Positions 50,501 to 63,864 of a stretch of DNA of 64,000 bases are shown piece by piece (the stretch's first letter is position 1; every line of letters starts with the position of its first letter). The translations under genes and the position numbers were made by a program. This DNA is from Raja brachyura (taxonomy: Eukaryota). The DNA lies in contig OY740784.1 in assembly GCA_963514005.1 (NCBI GenBank), forward strand, positions 17,732,001 through 17,796,000. Reading direction: 5' to 3'. The notes below the pieces were generated by a model that did no database searches, had not been told where the DNA came from, and saw nothing but the letters and a program-made list of their open reading frames with translations.

Positions 50501-52204
50501 TAGTGCATTCACCCTGACTAGCCACAATAACACCACCCAAAAGAGGTTGTGTGTTCCTTCAAACTGTCTATAATTAAAATGTAAGTAAAATAATGTGTGT
50601 TAATAGTGCTGTGTAACGTGTAACATATTCGTAGTGTGCATATACTTTCTTAACTCCAGCAAAAGTTTCAGTTGTTCAAGTTAATTGTTTTCTTCTATGG
50701 AAATTAAAACATAGTAACACTTATTACTGAAGATTCTACAAGGGCCATCAAAGAGTATGCAAAGCTGATTTTGTATTCTTCAATTCAGCTTATCTGTTTA
50801 GAAAATTATGTAACTTGGGCAATTTGAATGGAAGACTAGTGCTAATGATTTCCATTGCCTGATTTAGGATGATCAGCCATGATCACATTGAATGGCAGTG
50901 CTGGCTCGAAGGGCCAAGTGGCCTTCTCCTGCACCTATTGTCTATTGTCTATTGCCTTCCAAGATATTCCTGCAGTATTAGGGTTCAGATATGTACAGCA
51001 ATATTGCTTTAACAATGAGCCCAAAATTATGGTTGGAAAACTAGGCCATAAACTCTGTTCATATTTCCTGTGTGGAAGGTTTGACTCCTTCCTGGTTTAC
51101 AGTTGCACAAATAGCAGGGGCAGTCTGCTCAATCGATGTTCCTGTACATCAGGGTATTATGATGCAGTCAGGCCATAGCCTTCCCTTGATTCTTCTGCAT
51201 GTGCATACTTGCAGTGATATTAAGTCAGAACCTGCAGCCAAATATGATCACCCCTCTATTCTCATTGCAATTAATTTAAGGAATTCAGAAGCATTAAAGC
51301 ATCCCCCCCACCCCCACCAGTTTTGGCTGATATAAAATATAGGCATTATTAAGTGTGGTCGATAGGGCCAGGTTATTGTTTAATCTCCTGGATGAGCACC
51401 AACTCTTAGAATGGTTTTGGACAGAATAGAAAAAAATAAACCATTTGCAGGGCTGTGAGAATGAAGGCAGGAGATGGGGAAGTGAAAATAATCACTGTGT
51501 TATCTGCGTGCCGATCAGCACAATGTGCCAAATGGCCTCTGTTGTTTAATGCTGAGGCCTATCTTTGACAGGAATGGTCAGCAGTTCCACATATATCTGC
51601 TACCATTTCTTGATTTTACTGCAATCTTATGGGAAGAGAGTTGTTGTTTGCAATAGTTTGCTTAGATAGGGAGCGTGGAGCCCTGTGTTTGAAGGCATTA
51701 ATTCCTCATTGGGCTACAATTGCACTGGCACAGAAGCATTCAGATGACATCTCTTTCAAACTCCCATCACACTCTTCCCCCCCGCCCACCCCCCCGGATA
51801 TACGTCAGTATAGACATGATCTGTGACATAGGCAAACCTGGACCTTTTAATCCTCATCCACTTCCGGAGATTCCACTGTTTCGGGTCTGCAAGTCATCAA
51901 AGTAGATGATCCTCTAGTAAGATTCTCCAACGCGTTATTTTTTTAACATGATGAAGTATGTCCAAAATTAATTTTTGCTGTTCAGCTTAAAAAATGCTGC
52001 TCAACACAAGGCACATGTATTATAAAGGCACCTTCGATCGATCTTTTGATTATTTAAGTGGCCATCATATAATGATTCACGTTTTCAAACAAATGGAAAC
52101 ATCCATACTAGACTTTCGTTAAGAAGACATAGAAACTCACAGTTTGATGAATAAAATGTTGAGATAAAATGCTCTTTATTTTTTGTTTTTGATATGTGAT
52201 AAAG

Positions 52205-52393
52205 GAATATGACAGAACTCAAGAAGAGGTAGTTAAGCACCATACCAACATAAATGAGATGAAAAGAACATTTCTGGAATCAACCTCAGAAACTGGACCT
52301 GATGAATGGGAAAAGAGGCTATCTGCCTCTCCAGTTAGATCCTTTTCAAAGACCGATGATTTACCTATGATTGAACCCCTTGTGCCTGAAGAG
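52205..52393 (+). CDS. EPB41L3: 4.1B SAB core exon (EYDRTQEEVVKHHTNINEMKRTFLE...EWEKRLSASPVR...PMIEPLVPEE)
   Basis: ataaag| ... |gtaatt, 189 nt, phase 0-0; EWEKRLSxSP and PMIEPLVPEE motifs. Confidence 0.95.
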
Positions 52394-52557
52394 GTAATTC
52401 TGTTATTTTAATACTAGTCCATTCAAAATTCTGTGGCTTTGCACATGACAACACACCAACCATTTTTTAAAATCTCTTTGTCGCTAAAGTTATACATTGC
52501 AACATTGTTTAATCTCTTTAGATTACTTTATTTTTGCAAGTGTAGTTATCTAAAGTT

Positions 52558-52862
52558 GGGGCGGCACAGTGGCGCAGCGGGAGAGTTGCTGCTTCACTGT
52601 GCCTGGGGCCCATTTTTGATCCTGATCGTGGGTGCTGCCTCTGCGGAGTTTGCACGTTCTCCGAGTTATCACGTGGGTTTCCTCTGGGTGCTTCCATTTT
52701 CTCCCACGCTCCAAAGATATGCGGGTTTGTAGGTTAATTGGCTTCTGTAAATTGTAAGTTGTCCTTAGTGTGTCGGACAGTGCTAGTGTACGGGGTGGGG
52801 TGATAGTTGGTCGGCGTGGACTCAGTGGGCCAAATGGCCTGTTTCCATGCATTATCTCTAAA
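52558..52862 (+). mobile_element. HE1-like tRNA-derived V-SINE, full length
   Basis: GGGCGGCACAGTGGCGCAGCGG A box, degenerate B box, gagtttgcacgttctcc central domain, ggcctgtttccatgc tail. Confidence 0.88.
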
Positions 52863-53791
52863 GTCGATTGGACAACAATATGCTTTCAAAGATGGTATTG
52901 TGGTTATTTTGTGTTTCTGTTTTAATGTTACCCATTCTGAAAGATTTCATGCATGTCACTGAAATGTTTTAACATGTCAGACCAAAGCAGATGTTGGTGA
53001 GATGCAGCAAAGCAAGTCGGATAAACAGACTGTTGCCACATCTGACACTGTGATGAAAGATGATGGAAAATTAGCAAAGGTATCATATCTGATGTATTTT
53101 TTTTATTCTTGTGTATAGCACAGCTTTCTTTTCGCTTAGTTTCCTTCATCTCTATTTCATATTGGAACGTAACCACCATTGGGATAGAATTGAGATTTTG
53201 ATTCTGGACACTGATCAGAGAGTTTGCTATGTTGAAGAACAGGATCTTGTGTTCCTGGCTGTATTTTTGAAACACTGACAATTTCAGTGCCACAACATAG
53301 GCTCTATTTGCCGATTGCTATGATTAAGCATTGCCAGTAAATTACATGAAAAGTCATTAGGACTGACAAGGATCTGGACCTCCTGGATAGATCTTTGTCA
53401 ATGACTAAGTATTTATTTAGAAACAAACCAGTTGCCAAAAGTGTTCTATCGTTTGTGGCCAGCATCTCTCATTTTCAAAGCCCGTAAAGGATAACTTTGA
53501 AAGTAGGTCAGACAGCATTGTTTGTTGCAAGATTTTGCTGGATGAGCTGATTTGCGTTGAATCCTACCACCGGTGTTGATTGCAACATGCTTGTTCAGTG
53601 CCATTTATTTGGATTGAAAATGAAAATGCTTCACACAGCCCACTACTTACTCAAAATTAAGTACTCAATTTTTTAATTCCCATTTATTGAAAAATGTTTC
53701 TTTGAAAAAACAAAAACAAAAACAGGAGATAGTGGAAGCATGTAACTGATTAGTCAGCATGTGCAGAGAGAACAAATATAGATTCATCCAG

Positions 53792-53972
53792 GGTAAACAA
53801 AAATGCTGGAGAAACTCAGCGGGCGAGGCAGCATCTATGGAGTGAAGGAAACCCTTCTTCACCTGAAACGTTGCCTATTTCCTTCGCTCCATAGATGCTG
53901 TATCACCCGCTGAGTTTCTCCAGCATTTTTGTCTACCTTCGATTTTTCAGCATCTGCAGTTCCTTCTTAAAC
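53792..53972. mobile_element. Penelope pLTR-derived palindromic element
   Basis: Inverted arms; 14-bp TSD ATAGATTCATCCAG (53778-53791, 53973-53986). Confidence 0.85.
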
Positions 53973-54323
53973 ATAGATTCATCCAGCTCATCTATGCTTG
54001 TGCACTGGCCCATTTTGAATATTTTCATTAAATGTTTGTATAGAATCCAGTTAATTAATTGTCCTAATGTGAAGCCTTATCAGTCACAAATGTACAATGG
54101 GGAATATTAAGAATGCTCCATTCAGTCTTCCGCTTGTGAAGGGAAAAACAGCACCCATTTACAAATCCCCACATGCATTGTGGCAGCTAAGGATCTGTGT
54201 CTGAAAATTATTCCACTGCACTTTTTGTGCTGCTGGTTTACTTGGAATAGTCATTGGAGCTTGAAAGTTACTAAAGCTATTAATTGGCTTGTAAATTGAT
54301 ATAATACTTTTCTTCTCACTCAG

Positions 54324-54428
54324 GCTGAAGAGGAGCATAAGGAAGTAGATAAGGAGCCAGCTACTAGTCACAGCACATTGGTGACTAATGAAATTGTGAT
54401 CAGCAAAACAGTCTCATCTCCCCCAGAG
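54324..54428 (+). CDS. EPB41L3: Candidate in-frame cassette exon (AEEEHKEVDKEPATSHSTLVTNEIVISKTVSSPPE)
   Basis: Strong pyrimidine tract plus cag|, purine-rich open frame, GAG|gttgtt donor, 105 nt, phase 0-0; no homolog recalled. Confidence 0.6.
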
Positions 54429-55717
54429 GTTGTTACCTTTATTAAATTCATTTTTGCAAAAAAATCAATATTTGAAATTATTGGCAGGAACATTTCAGCA
54501 TATAATAACTCAACTCTAAGCTATGAAAGGAAAATTAATGATTGATTTGAATATATGCATGCTCTCTTGGTCAGCAGAAATGTTAAAAAGTTATAGTTAT
54601 TCTTAACTAATCTCAATACGAATCAGAAGGGAAAAGTGCAAGAATAATGGGTTGTTTACGGAGCAAAAAATAAGTCAGTAAGTGCTTAAGTGAGCTTGCT
54701 TAATACACTGTAGCCCTGCTTTGGTGACTGGTGTTCCTGTGGTATGTGATGGATGTTTGCTCATTTTTGTAGTGTCAATAATATTACATGAAATTAGATT
54801 AAATTTGAAAACCCAACACAATTTGCCGAATAAAACATGGGGAAAAGATGATCACATGCTGGGTCACAAAGTTGTAGACACAAGGAACTGCTGATGCTGG
54901 TTTGTACAATAAAGGACACTAAAGTGCTGGAGTAACAGGTGATTAGGCAGTGTCTCTGGAGGAAATGGGTAGGCTTTGTTTTGAGAGCGGACCCTTCAGA
55001 TTCTGAAGAAGAGTCCTGTCCCAAGATAGCCTATCCATATTCTCCAGAGATGCTGCCTGACCACCTGAGCTATTCCAGCACTTTGTGTCTTTTTCTGGGT
55101 GACAAAATGCTTGGTCCAAGAGATGAATTTCGGGGAGAGCCTTAAAAGGAAGAAGGGGTTGGAGGTGAACTATTTAGCAGAGGTGGATCGGAGGATCGGA
55201 AGACATGGACATCAGTAACTGGTGCAGGAAATGTGTAATTAGTCAAAGTCAGAAGGGTGAAGTTTGAGAAATGTTTGTGAGGTTAGAGTTGGGGAAGGGA
55301 ACACCATGAAGAATTTAAACAAGCGAATGCTTCCCTTTTTTATTTGATGCTTTGGGGGGGCAGTGGTTAGTATATATGAAACGAGCCTGATCAATGAATG
55401 AGACAGGATAAGCAAAGACCTTCGCAATCAATTGGATGTGTAACGGAGATTACTGGAGTTCCCTAATCTAGAAGTAGCAGAGGCACGGAGTTTAAATAAG
55501 GAGTGCAATAGAAGTAAAGTAGATATCCATGAAAGTTTATGGCATTGTGTCCAGGCTTTGATTCACCCTGAGATGATGACCAGAGGTGGGTAGGAAATTG
55601 GTGTAGCAAGTTTGGGCTTGGACTCTAGATGGTGGCTTTGATCTTCTCTATATTTTTGTGAATAGTTGTAAAACTGGGCAGGGCCTGTACCACTGGTCCA
55701 GACAATGAAGTTGGAGG

Positions 55718-55930
55718 ATAGACACAAAATGCTGAAGTAACTCAGCGGTCAGGCAGCATCTCTGAAGAAAAGGAATAGGTGATGTTTTGGGTCAAGACTC
55801 TTCATCAGACTGATGAAGGGTCGATCAAAGTTCTTGACCCGAAACGTCACCTATTTTCTCCAGAGACTGACCCGCTGAGTTATTCCAGAGCATTGGTGTC
55901 AAACAGCATTTGCAGTTCCTTATTGCACAC
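55718..55930. mobile_element. Penelope pLTR-derived palindromic element with back-to-back hammerhead cores
   Basis: Inverted arms meeting at ttcatcagactgatgaa; + strand CTGATGA-A-GGGTCGA..TTGACCC-GAAACGTC at 55810-55848. Confidence 0.8.
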
Positions 55931-57024
55931 AAATTAAGTTTGAGGTATTGGAGGAGGCAAGTTTTGCAAATCATGGCAAAGGCTGCGAAGGGAATGAAAG
56001 ACAAAAAAAATCAGTGATTTGTTTCATGAGAATTTATTTCAACCTTTTAAGGCACATTATTAAGGTACATTTTTTATGTACATTAAGGTACATTTTTTAT
56101 GTATATTAAGGTGCATTATTCCTATTTACAGTGCCTCCATGATCTTGTTGCATAGCCAACATGGTTTACTAGCAAAGGATATAATTTCATTTCATACTAC
56201 AGTTTCATACTGGATCCTGAGCAGGGAATGGTGGATATTCATTTTGTTCCTAACTTTTAAAATGTGGTGATTCTATTTAGGTGTTTGTTACAGGCAAGTG
56301 ATCTAAAGGTTTATGAAAGACTTGTGATGTTACAACATATTTAGTTCTAAAACAGAATCCCCATGTAGTGCCTATGCATGCTTGTGTGCTTCCCCCTTTC
56401 AAATGGATAAATAATATATTACAGCAAATAAAGGGATAAAAAGATTGTTAAATTTAGTTTCAAGCATAATGTCAGTGTAATTTCAATGAATTCTTTGTTG
56501 TTTAAAGCCCTTCCTTACAAAATAGCTAGTAGACCTTTCAATGCCATGGACTAAAACTAATTTTGTACACTAAATCTTATATTCCTTTGGAAACATCCAA
56601 GTAATTGTGGTTCACCACGTTGCTGCAAATCTGGCTGATGTTTACCCATCAGTTGCAGAAGGCACCAATTTCTATTCCATTGATTAATTGTAGCATGGCT
56701 GGCTCAACCCGGGACTGCTGCCCTGGAAACGAGGCCAAACATTTAACTTCTGCGTTCAAGGTTACAAACATGTTTATCGTTTTACACATGCTGCATTGAA
56801 CTTTTATTAATCACTGAAAAAAATCCCAATCTAGATCAAAATGACTGTTGAAAGGCAAGTTTGTAGGGGAGGGAGGAGAGGAACTCTGCCAATAGGCCGA
56901 CGCCATTGACAATGCTATAGTTCACATTGTTTAGCAGAGATGGAGAAAGTTGAAGATGAAGGGAGATGTATGTTAGTCAAAACAACAACAATTGGTAGAT
57001 TTTGTGTCATCTGTCAAACAACAG

Positions 57025-57261
57025 AAAACTGTGCTGTCCACTCTGGAAGAAACTATCATTTCAAAGAAGGTGGCAACAAAAAGTGATGATGATGAAGGTA
57101 GTCTGAAACCTAAAGAGATTGCACGACAGAAAGGAATTGAAAGCTCTGATATGGAGCCTGCCATTGTGACTTCAATGACCAAATGGAAGACTGGTGAAGA
57201 GCCTATGTTTACTATTGCCACAGCACACTATTTTACTGAGACAACGGGATCAAGATTTTTG
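57025..57261 (+). CDS. EPB41L3: Candidate in-frame U3 cassette exon (KTVLSTLEETII...EEPMFTIATAHYFTETTGSRFL)
   Basis: Within ORF 56992-57339; aacag| acceptor (alternative tag| at 56977 is also in frame), TTG|gtaact donor, 237 nt, phase 0-0. Confidence 0.65.
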
Positions 57262-57611
57262 GTAACTGTTGCCTTTGACTGTCACAGTCTAAAGATAAAA
57301 CGCATGACTTTCAGGCAGCACTTGCTTCAGTACGCTTAAAACAGCTAAAACCACCGTTGAGTTTACCTGCAATTTGCTTGTACCCAGCCAGTGATCCTCC
57401 AATATGGTTTTTACTTTTTTTTTTTGCTATTACAAATTGTTTTGTTGAATTATCCACAAAATTTAGGCTTTATCGTGCTGATCCTGATTTTCATTTCACC
57501 AGATAAACACTTCATCGACTACTGCGACTTTTTGCACAGATTGTTCACTTAAGATTCTTTTGCATACCCCTTCCTCCAAGCAAATTATTTGTAATATGTG
57601 ACTTTTCTAAG

Positions 57612-57756
57612 TACTAACCTATAATCTCATCCTCTTGCCTGTTTTCCTTACACTCCTCCTTTATTTTGCTTTTCCATACATTTCTATTTAATCTCTTGCT
57701 CTCTTCTTTCCAATCTGTATCTCTGAAACAACCTTTTGTCTGTCTAATGTTGACCT
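57612..57756 (+). promoter_or_regulatory. TACTAAC (branch point/QKI motif) with long AG-free polypyrimidine tract
   Basis: TACTAAC at 57612-57618, then no AG dinucleotide until 57757. Confidence 0.5.
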
Positions 57757-57806
57757 AGTTATGTATGTCAGTTAGCTTTATATGTTGACTTTCTGTGTCT
57801 ACACAG

Positions 57807-57929
57807 ACAAAGCAGTCTGGTTCTGAAGTAACCTCAAAAAATGTAGACGTCTCCAATCTAATAGATTCGGCACGAAAACAAATGGATGGAAAGGAATGGG
57901 CTGCTGCTTCATCTTACAGCTGGGTTCAG
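57807..57929 (+). CDS. EPB41L3: 4.1B U3 exon (TKQSGSEV...LIDSARK...SWVQ)
   Basis: acacag| ... CAG|gtgttt, 123 nt, phase 0-0; matches mammalian TKQSS...LLESARK...SWVQ (41 aa). Confidence 0.92.
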
Positions 57930-60900
57930 GTGTTTTTTATTCCTTTAAGAAATCTTCCACCCTTAATTGGTCTTGCCATTTTTGTTATTTCTACTTCTAG
58001 CTATTTGTTGTGCTTTGTCTTTCTAGTATGTTTTCTGCATCAAACAAAACATACTGGGCTCAATAGGACTCTCCTTCCCTGTGAGGCTGATGGTTTGCCT
58101 TTTAACATAATCTTTCCCAGTTACATGCTATCCTACTTGTACAGATTTCTGTAGATTTCATCGTGATGATTAGTCTCCTTTCTCCCATACTCATTGTTTG
58201 CTGGGCATGGTATTCCAACTGGGAAATGATTTGACAATTTTGATGATGAGTCAAGTTGCTGTATTTTAACAAACAAAAATGTTCCTTTTTAAAAAATTAT
58301 CCTTGTTATCTCAAGTTCCTTTTAAAACATTTCATTACTTCCTGATGACTCTTAGACAAAGTTAAGGCATGAGGGTCTCCATCAAGTTTCCACAAGGAGC
58401 CTGAGCTGCGTCCATGGTATTAAACTACTTATCGCTGACGGTCATTGATATTTAACCTGTGTACAGGCGCTACAAGGGATACAAAGGAACATCACCCACC
58501 CCACCTTGTGCAAATAAAAATACTTTGAAGCACAAATCTCTGGTGGACAAGCTCTAGATTTATCCTTGAGTGTGATCTCTTCTATCCTCTTGCCTAACGT
58601 TACTTTCCATGCCCAAACCAGAATGATGGCCGCTGTTACCTTCCCTTCCACTTTTTTTAGTTTGAGCAGGGAAGGATCTGGCCTCTCCGTGCTGCTTTCT
58701 CACAGTTAAGCAACTGGTAATCAGGAATTAACGGCAAACCTGCGCTGAGGCCACTGAGCCACGACAGATCATTTGTAACAACACTTTAATTTTGGTCACA
58801 CATCAAAAAAGCACATCCCATGTGTAAAATATAATGGTTTAGGCTCCTTGTAAATTTGCTTTGTGCTCCTTATTGCCTTAACTGTGCAATAAGTGTGCAA
58901 GAATCTTTTTGATTGGAGGTGGACTTTCTATGAATCCAAGGATGAATTTATGATGCTTGAATAAATAATTGGGAGTTTTCAGCCTGTATTTAATTCCCCT
59001 GTTCCACGATGCTCCGCCAGCAGGGGAGCACAACTGGAGGCGGCAGAACAGTGGCATACATCTGAGCGTAATTGTTCCTGGAAAATCCACAACATTGAAA
59101 CTTTGAAGCTTCACGACATGAATATGAATATTGTAATAGACGACGCCTGCTTGGTTATGCTTTCTATCTTTCCTTACCAAATAAACTAATGATCACCCAT
59201 GATCAATATCACTTTGATGAAGCATGCGATTCATGAAAGTATTTGGGAGTGAAGCATTAGTATATGACCATGCTAAGTGTGACCACACTGAGTGTGTGTG
59301 AACAACACAAGGCCATTTGGGGAATGTTAATTCACCCTCGTGTAATGGGGGGGGGGGGGGGGGGGAGACACATCTTGCACTGAGGATGCCCACCCTTTTA
59401 TTGTTTGGGATGCATCCTTCCATAACCCTTTCAGTAGTACTAAACTAGATCAGTTCTGAACATGCCTAATACTCTATCTTTGCATCCTTGAAGCAATGTA
59501 GACAGACCATAGGTGATCTTGAAGACCTGTCATGTCCCTTCCTTTACTGTGCTCCTCAAGCCAGGAGGATCTCTTCATTTAGGGATGATGGGCTATGCCA
59601 TGAAGCTGCTTCAAGAACACCTTAAACTTAGAAGTTGTTACAACATGGAAATATTCTATGTAAATCAGCAGTCTCTGGATGAAGCAGTGTAATCCCATCA
59701 CCAAGTCAAAGTTCTGCACTTACCAACTGGATATCATAATGGATATGATAAAAATTAACAGCAACAAACCCCCTTCCAATATATTGTCAAAGATTGCAGA
59801 GCCATAAAATAAATGGAAAAGATAAATCTGCAACTTTTGTTGTCAATTTCATGCTTCCTGGTGAGGTCCCCACCATCATAGAGCTCATTTTTCAGATCAT
59901 TCAACTCATAAAGCCATAAGACTTAAAAAATAATGGGTTAGCCATCTTATGACCTGCTGCATCTAGCAAAAACTTCAATTACACCATGGTCCAAAACCAG
60001 TATACTTGTCAACATGCTGTTAAATTGAATCTGAAGTTTAATGTTACATGTTATCTGGCTGTTCTTCCCAATAACAATGCATATTTTGGATTTCTGTCTC
60101 GGCATTGTGATGTGTGACCTCAGCTTTTATTCATTTATGATCAAAATTGTTGTATAAGTGACAGAGAGTGAGAATAACGATCACTGACATGAGACAACCT
60201 TTGAGCAACGGAAGTATTTATGACCACTCGTAAAAATTAAAGACGGGAAATCAGTAAAACCCTTTCACTAGCTGGAAATATGTCCAGTGTAAATCCTGGG
60301 ACATGTCTCTGGAATTCTTTAGGGCAGTGTCACTTGGCCCAAAAAGACTCTGGCATTAGTAAATTTCCTTCCATGTCATGCTAGAAGCAGGAATGTTTGC
60401 TGATGATTTCAGTTTTCAATTCCATTTGCAAGACTTCACGTGGCCAAAGCAGCAGGACTCAGACAACATTCAGACTTGGCTGAATGAAGGCATAACGTTC
60501 ACATACTACAAGTGCCAGAGCTATTGGCAGTTTCACCACTGACCAGAAACCTATCAGCATCAGCCATGTTAATCCCATATCTGCATTAATCCCATACCTG
60601 CAAGATCAGTTCAGAGACTGAGAGCCCTGCCCTATAGTAAGTGACTCCCGTTCTGACTTTCAACCCCTTTTCACTGCAGACAGGGCACAATCTAGAAGTA
60701 GGAGTGTAGCTCCAACAGCAACCCAGAAGCTCCGGACAATTCTGGACTAAGTAGGTCATTTGTCTGGCATTCCTTCCCATCACCCTCCACAATCACTCTT
60801 AGCGTCATCAGCAAATTACAGGTGCAATGTTAACCTTCCGCAAGCAGCACTGGGCGCATGTCCTTTCACCAAGTGCACTGCAGCGGGCCACAACGCAGTT

Positions 60901-61893
60901 CCCCTCATCACCTTGAGGACCATTTAGATGGGGTGTAAATGGCCATAACTATGACGATAGTTATTAATCAGGTTGAATTGATTGTGCTCAGTGGTTCTGA
61001 GTGCACCTGTCACAGGGGCATCAGTGATATGAGGACATCCAAAGGCAAAAACTTGGAGACGCTGAATATCTGAAATGAGCCCAGAAAATGCCAGAAATAC
61101 CCAACTGGTCAGGTGGCATTTATGAGGGGTAAAAACAGAACCACTCTTTTGGATTGCTGGCCTTCCCATGGAATAAGTCCATTAGCAGATTATCAGAAGG
61201 TGGTTGTATGCAAGGTGCACATGAGAAAAGCCATTAAACTTGCTGAATTAGATATCACGGTGTGTGTAATGTGCATATCTGTCCATTTGATTTAATTGCT
61301 TCTATTACCAAAAAATATACTTATGCTGTGGCAATGAAATTCTTCTTTGAAGTCCACTTTCAAGAAGAGATGTCCCAGTACGCCTTTTATTTTGTATCTG
61401 GGCTGATAACCTATTCTATGACAGCAAACATTTTGCATCAACCAAATCAGCCGATGGTTTGAAAACTCTCGGTGACGTGATAATGTTTGAGAGGAAGGAA
61501 TGTACATAAAAATGAGTGGCAGGGTCATGAGAACAATACCGTGGAGAAAAATGATTGACTGAGGAAGAAAAACTGCCTGAACATTTTTGATATTATAAAC
61601 TTTACTTTGTATACATTCTGTGCCAAAAGCATGCCATGGATCAATTGACTACATCAATCTGTGCCGTGCATATGGAATATCTTACACAGCTTTTGACTTT
61701 AGATTTTATCATACTTCCACAGACACAATAAAAACTGAATTTTATAAGTGTACTCTTTCCATATTTAGATTTTAAAACACGCTGGTGAATTAAAGAGGGA
61801 GTTGGCTGATAACTCCGGACACAACGTGTCACCATAGTAGCTATTCGGTTTTTTATTTCTTACACTTTCTCACAAGAGTTTTTATCTCTCCAG

Positions 61894-62289
61894 AAACCTG
61901 ATATGAATTTGGACGAGATGGTGCAACATGAAGTCCACAAGCAGGAGAAGGCCATGAAGATTATTCAGGAAACAATGGTGATGGAAAAGAAGCATGAGAT
62001 GAATGTGCATGCAAGCGAGGATGCTTCTGCTCTGTGCGCTAAGCTGGCAGGAGATGGGAGGGAAACTTTAACAGAGGCGAGCAAAGCTCACTCATCTGGT
62101 GATGCAAGGGGTCTAAGTTGCATGGTGACCGTGGACACCAAAGAGGACAAGAGGGAGGCAGCAAGTTCCAAGGTGGATCAACCAGGAGATGAAATTCTAG
62201 AAGGGCCACCTTCTGCTCAAGGGTGGGAGGATCAGCCAGAAATGGCAGGCAAACCTGCAGAAAAATCTGAAACGCAACCTCAATTTGAG
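61894..62289 (+). CDS. EPB41L3: 4.1B U3 exon (KPDMNLDE...KIIQETMVMEKK..MNVHASEDAS...QPQFE)
   Basis: ctctccag| ... GAG|gtaact, 396 nt, phase 0-0; resembles KVVQETVLVEE..VHASGDAS...KPHFE. Confidence 0.9.
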
Positions 62290-62627
62290 GTAACTGGTTC
62301 CCCTCACCTCCTTACCAACTTTCATAACCATCCCCATTAATCCACTTGTTTCCACAGACACCAATATCAACATCAGCACTGTTTATTATTTTACAAGCAA
62401 AATCATAGCAAAACACCTTCAAATGCTTTGCAAGTAATGCATGTGTTGAGTAATTGCTATTGAGTTATAAGATTTGTATCACCCATTACACACACCTGAT
62501 ACTCGGGTGGTTTCAAATTTAGAAACATTGGGAGCAATTTGAATCCAACATGGCTGGTAGGAAACTGATGCCAGCTCAACTTTAGTTTCCTTCAACGTCA
62601 AAATCAAATAACAATATCAAACAGTTA

Positions 62628-62911
62628 AGAATAACGGGGTAGCCTATTTAGGACTGAGATGAAGAAAAACATTTTCACCCAGAGAGTTGTAAATCTGTGG
62701 AATTCTCTGCCACAGAAGGCAGTAGAGGCCAATTCACTGGATGTTTTCAAGAGAGTTAGATATAGCTCTTAGAGCTAACGGAATCGAGGGTTATGGGAAG
62801 AAAGCAGGAACGGGGTACTGATTTTGGATGATCAGCCATGATCATATTGAATGGCGGTGCTGGCTCGAAGGGCCGAATGGACTACTCCTGCACTTATTTT
62901 CTACGTTTCTA
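62628..62911 (+). mobile_element. CR1/HER1-type LINE 3' end
   Basis: Same 3' sequence as the other CR1 copies. Confidence 0.9.
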
Positions 62912-63864
62912 AATTTGCGCAGGCAGCTGACATTTTCTTCCATGAGCAGATAAAACTCCTCATTTGGCATGCCATCTTATCAACATTAATTTTGAAACAA
63001 CATGTGCAGTAAGCTGCAGCTTAATGTATGGCTTCCGCACACCTGCAACGCTCTGTCGCTGTGATGCATTCTGTTTCTGATTTCATTTTGCTATAGTCAG
63101 ATTATTGCAAATGACTGAGAACCTCCTGTGGTTATCTGAAACTTAGACTTCATTCCTGAATTGATGAATTCTAATTAGGCCCAAGAAATTCTGGGTGTTT
63201 GACTATGAAAGCTTTTGAGTTTTTATTTATATATGTTGAATACATTTTTACTATAATTTATCTTTGTATTAGAACATATCTCAAAGCAGTTAAACTTTGT
63301 CATTGGATTTATACACAGTATTTTTAATCTCTTTTTGGGACAGTTTTGGTGATTTATAATTTTATAGTTATATCTTGAACAACTTGTTTGGATCAGGGAA
63401 GCAAATAGCAATCCACAATTGAGTTTTAATAACAACTAGCATAGGCCTTGGGAACCTCAGTGCCAGGCTATGGGAGAGATGTGCCGCTGAAAGTAGATAG
63501 TCTGCACTTTGTGCCAGAAAAGAAAAACGAATCTAAAATGTGTTTTATATAAAAATTGCTGAATCCTGGCCTTAAACATTATTTGCAGAATATTTTCAGA
63601 AGTGCAAATAGAGACTTCTTGCCCCTTTAGTGTTCTTGGTCACTTGAGGACTACTGGACGTACTTTGGCACGAATAGCACTTGATGTTCTCTCACAACTT
63701 CTGTTTCCTTTATGCTGTGTACATTTGCCACATTTACTGTGAAATAGCACAGATGTAACTGGAGTCCTCGCAGTGTTAGTGAGAGAAGGCCCCCAACTGG
63801 TCACTGTATGGAATAGCAAGGAAACAATTTATTTTCCTGCCCCAATGATCACTACTTCAAATTC

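Noticed and set aside
56059-56118. ~24-bp tandem duplication (attaaggtacattttttatgta); similar small duplication near 32780-32820
   Set aside because: Ordinary slippage duplications with no further structure.
56935-56967. 30/33-nt purine-rich microexon (ttag|cag|...gat|gtatgt)
   Set aside because: Poor pyrimidine tract, only 57 nt to the next acceptor, and no recognisable homology.
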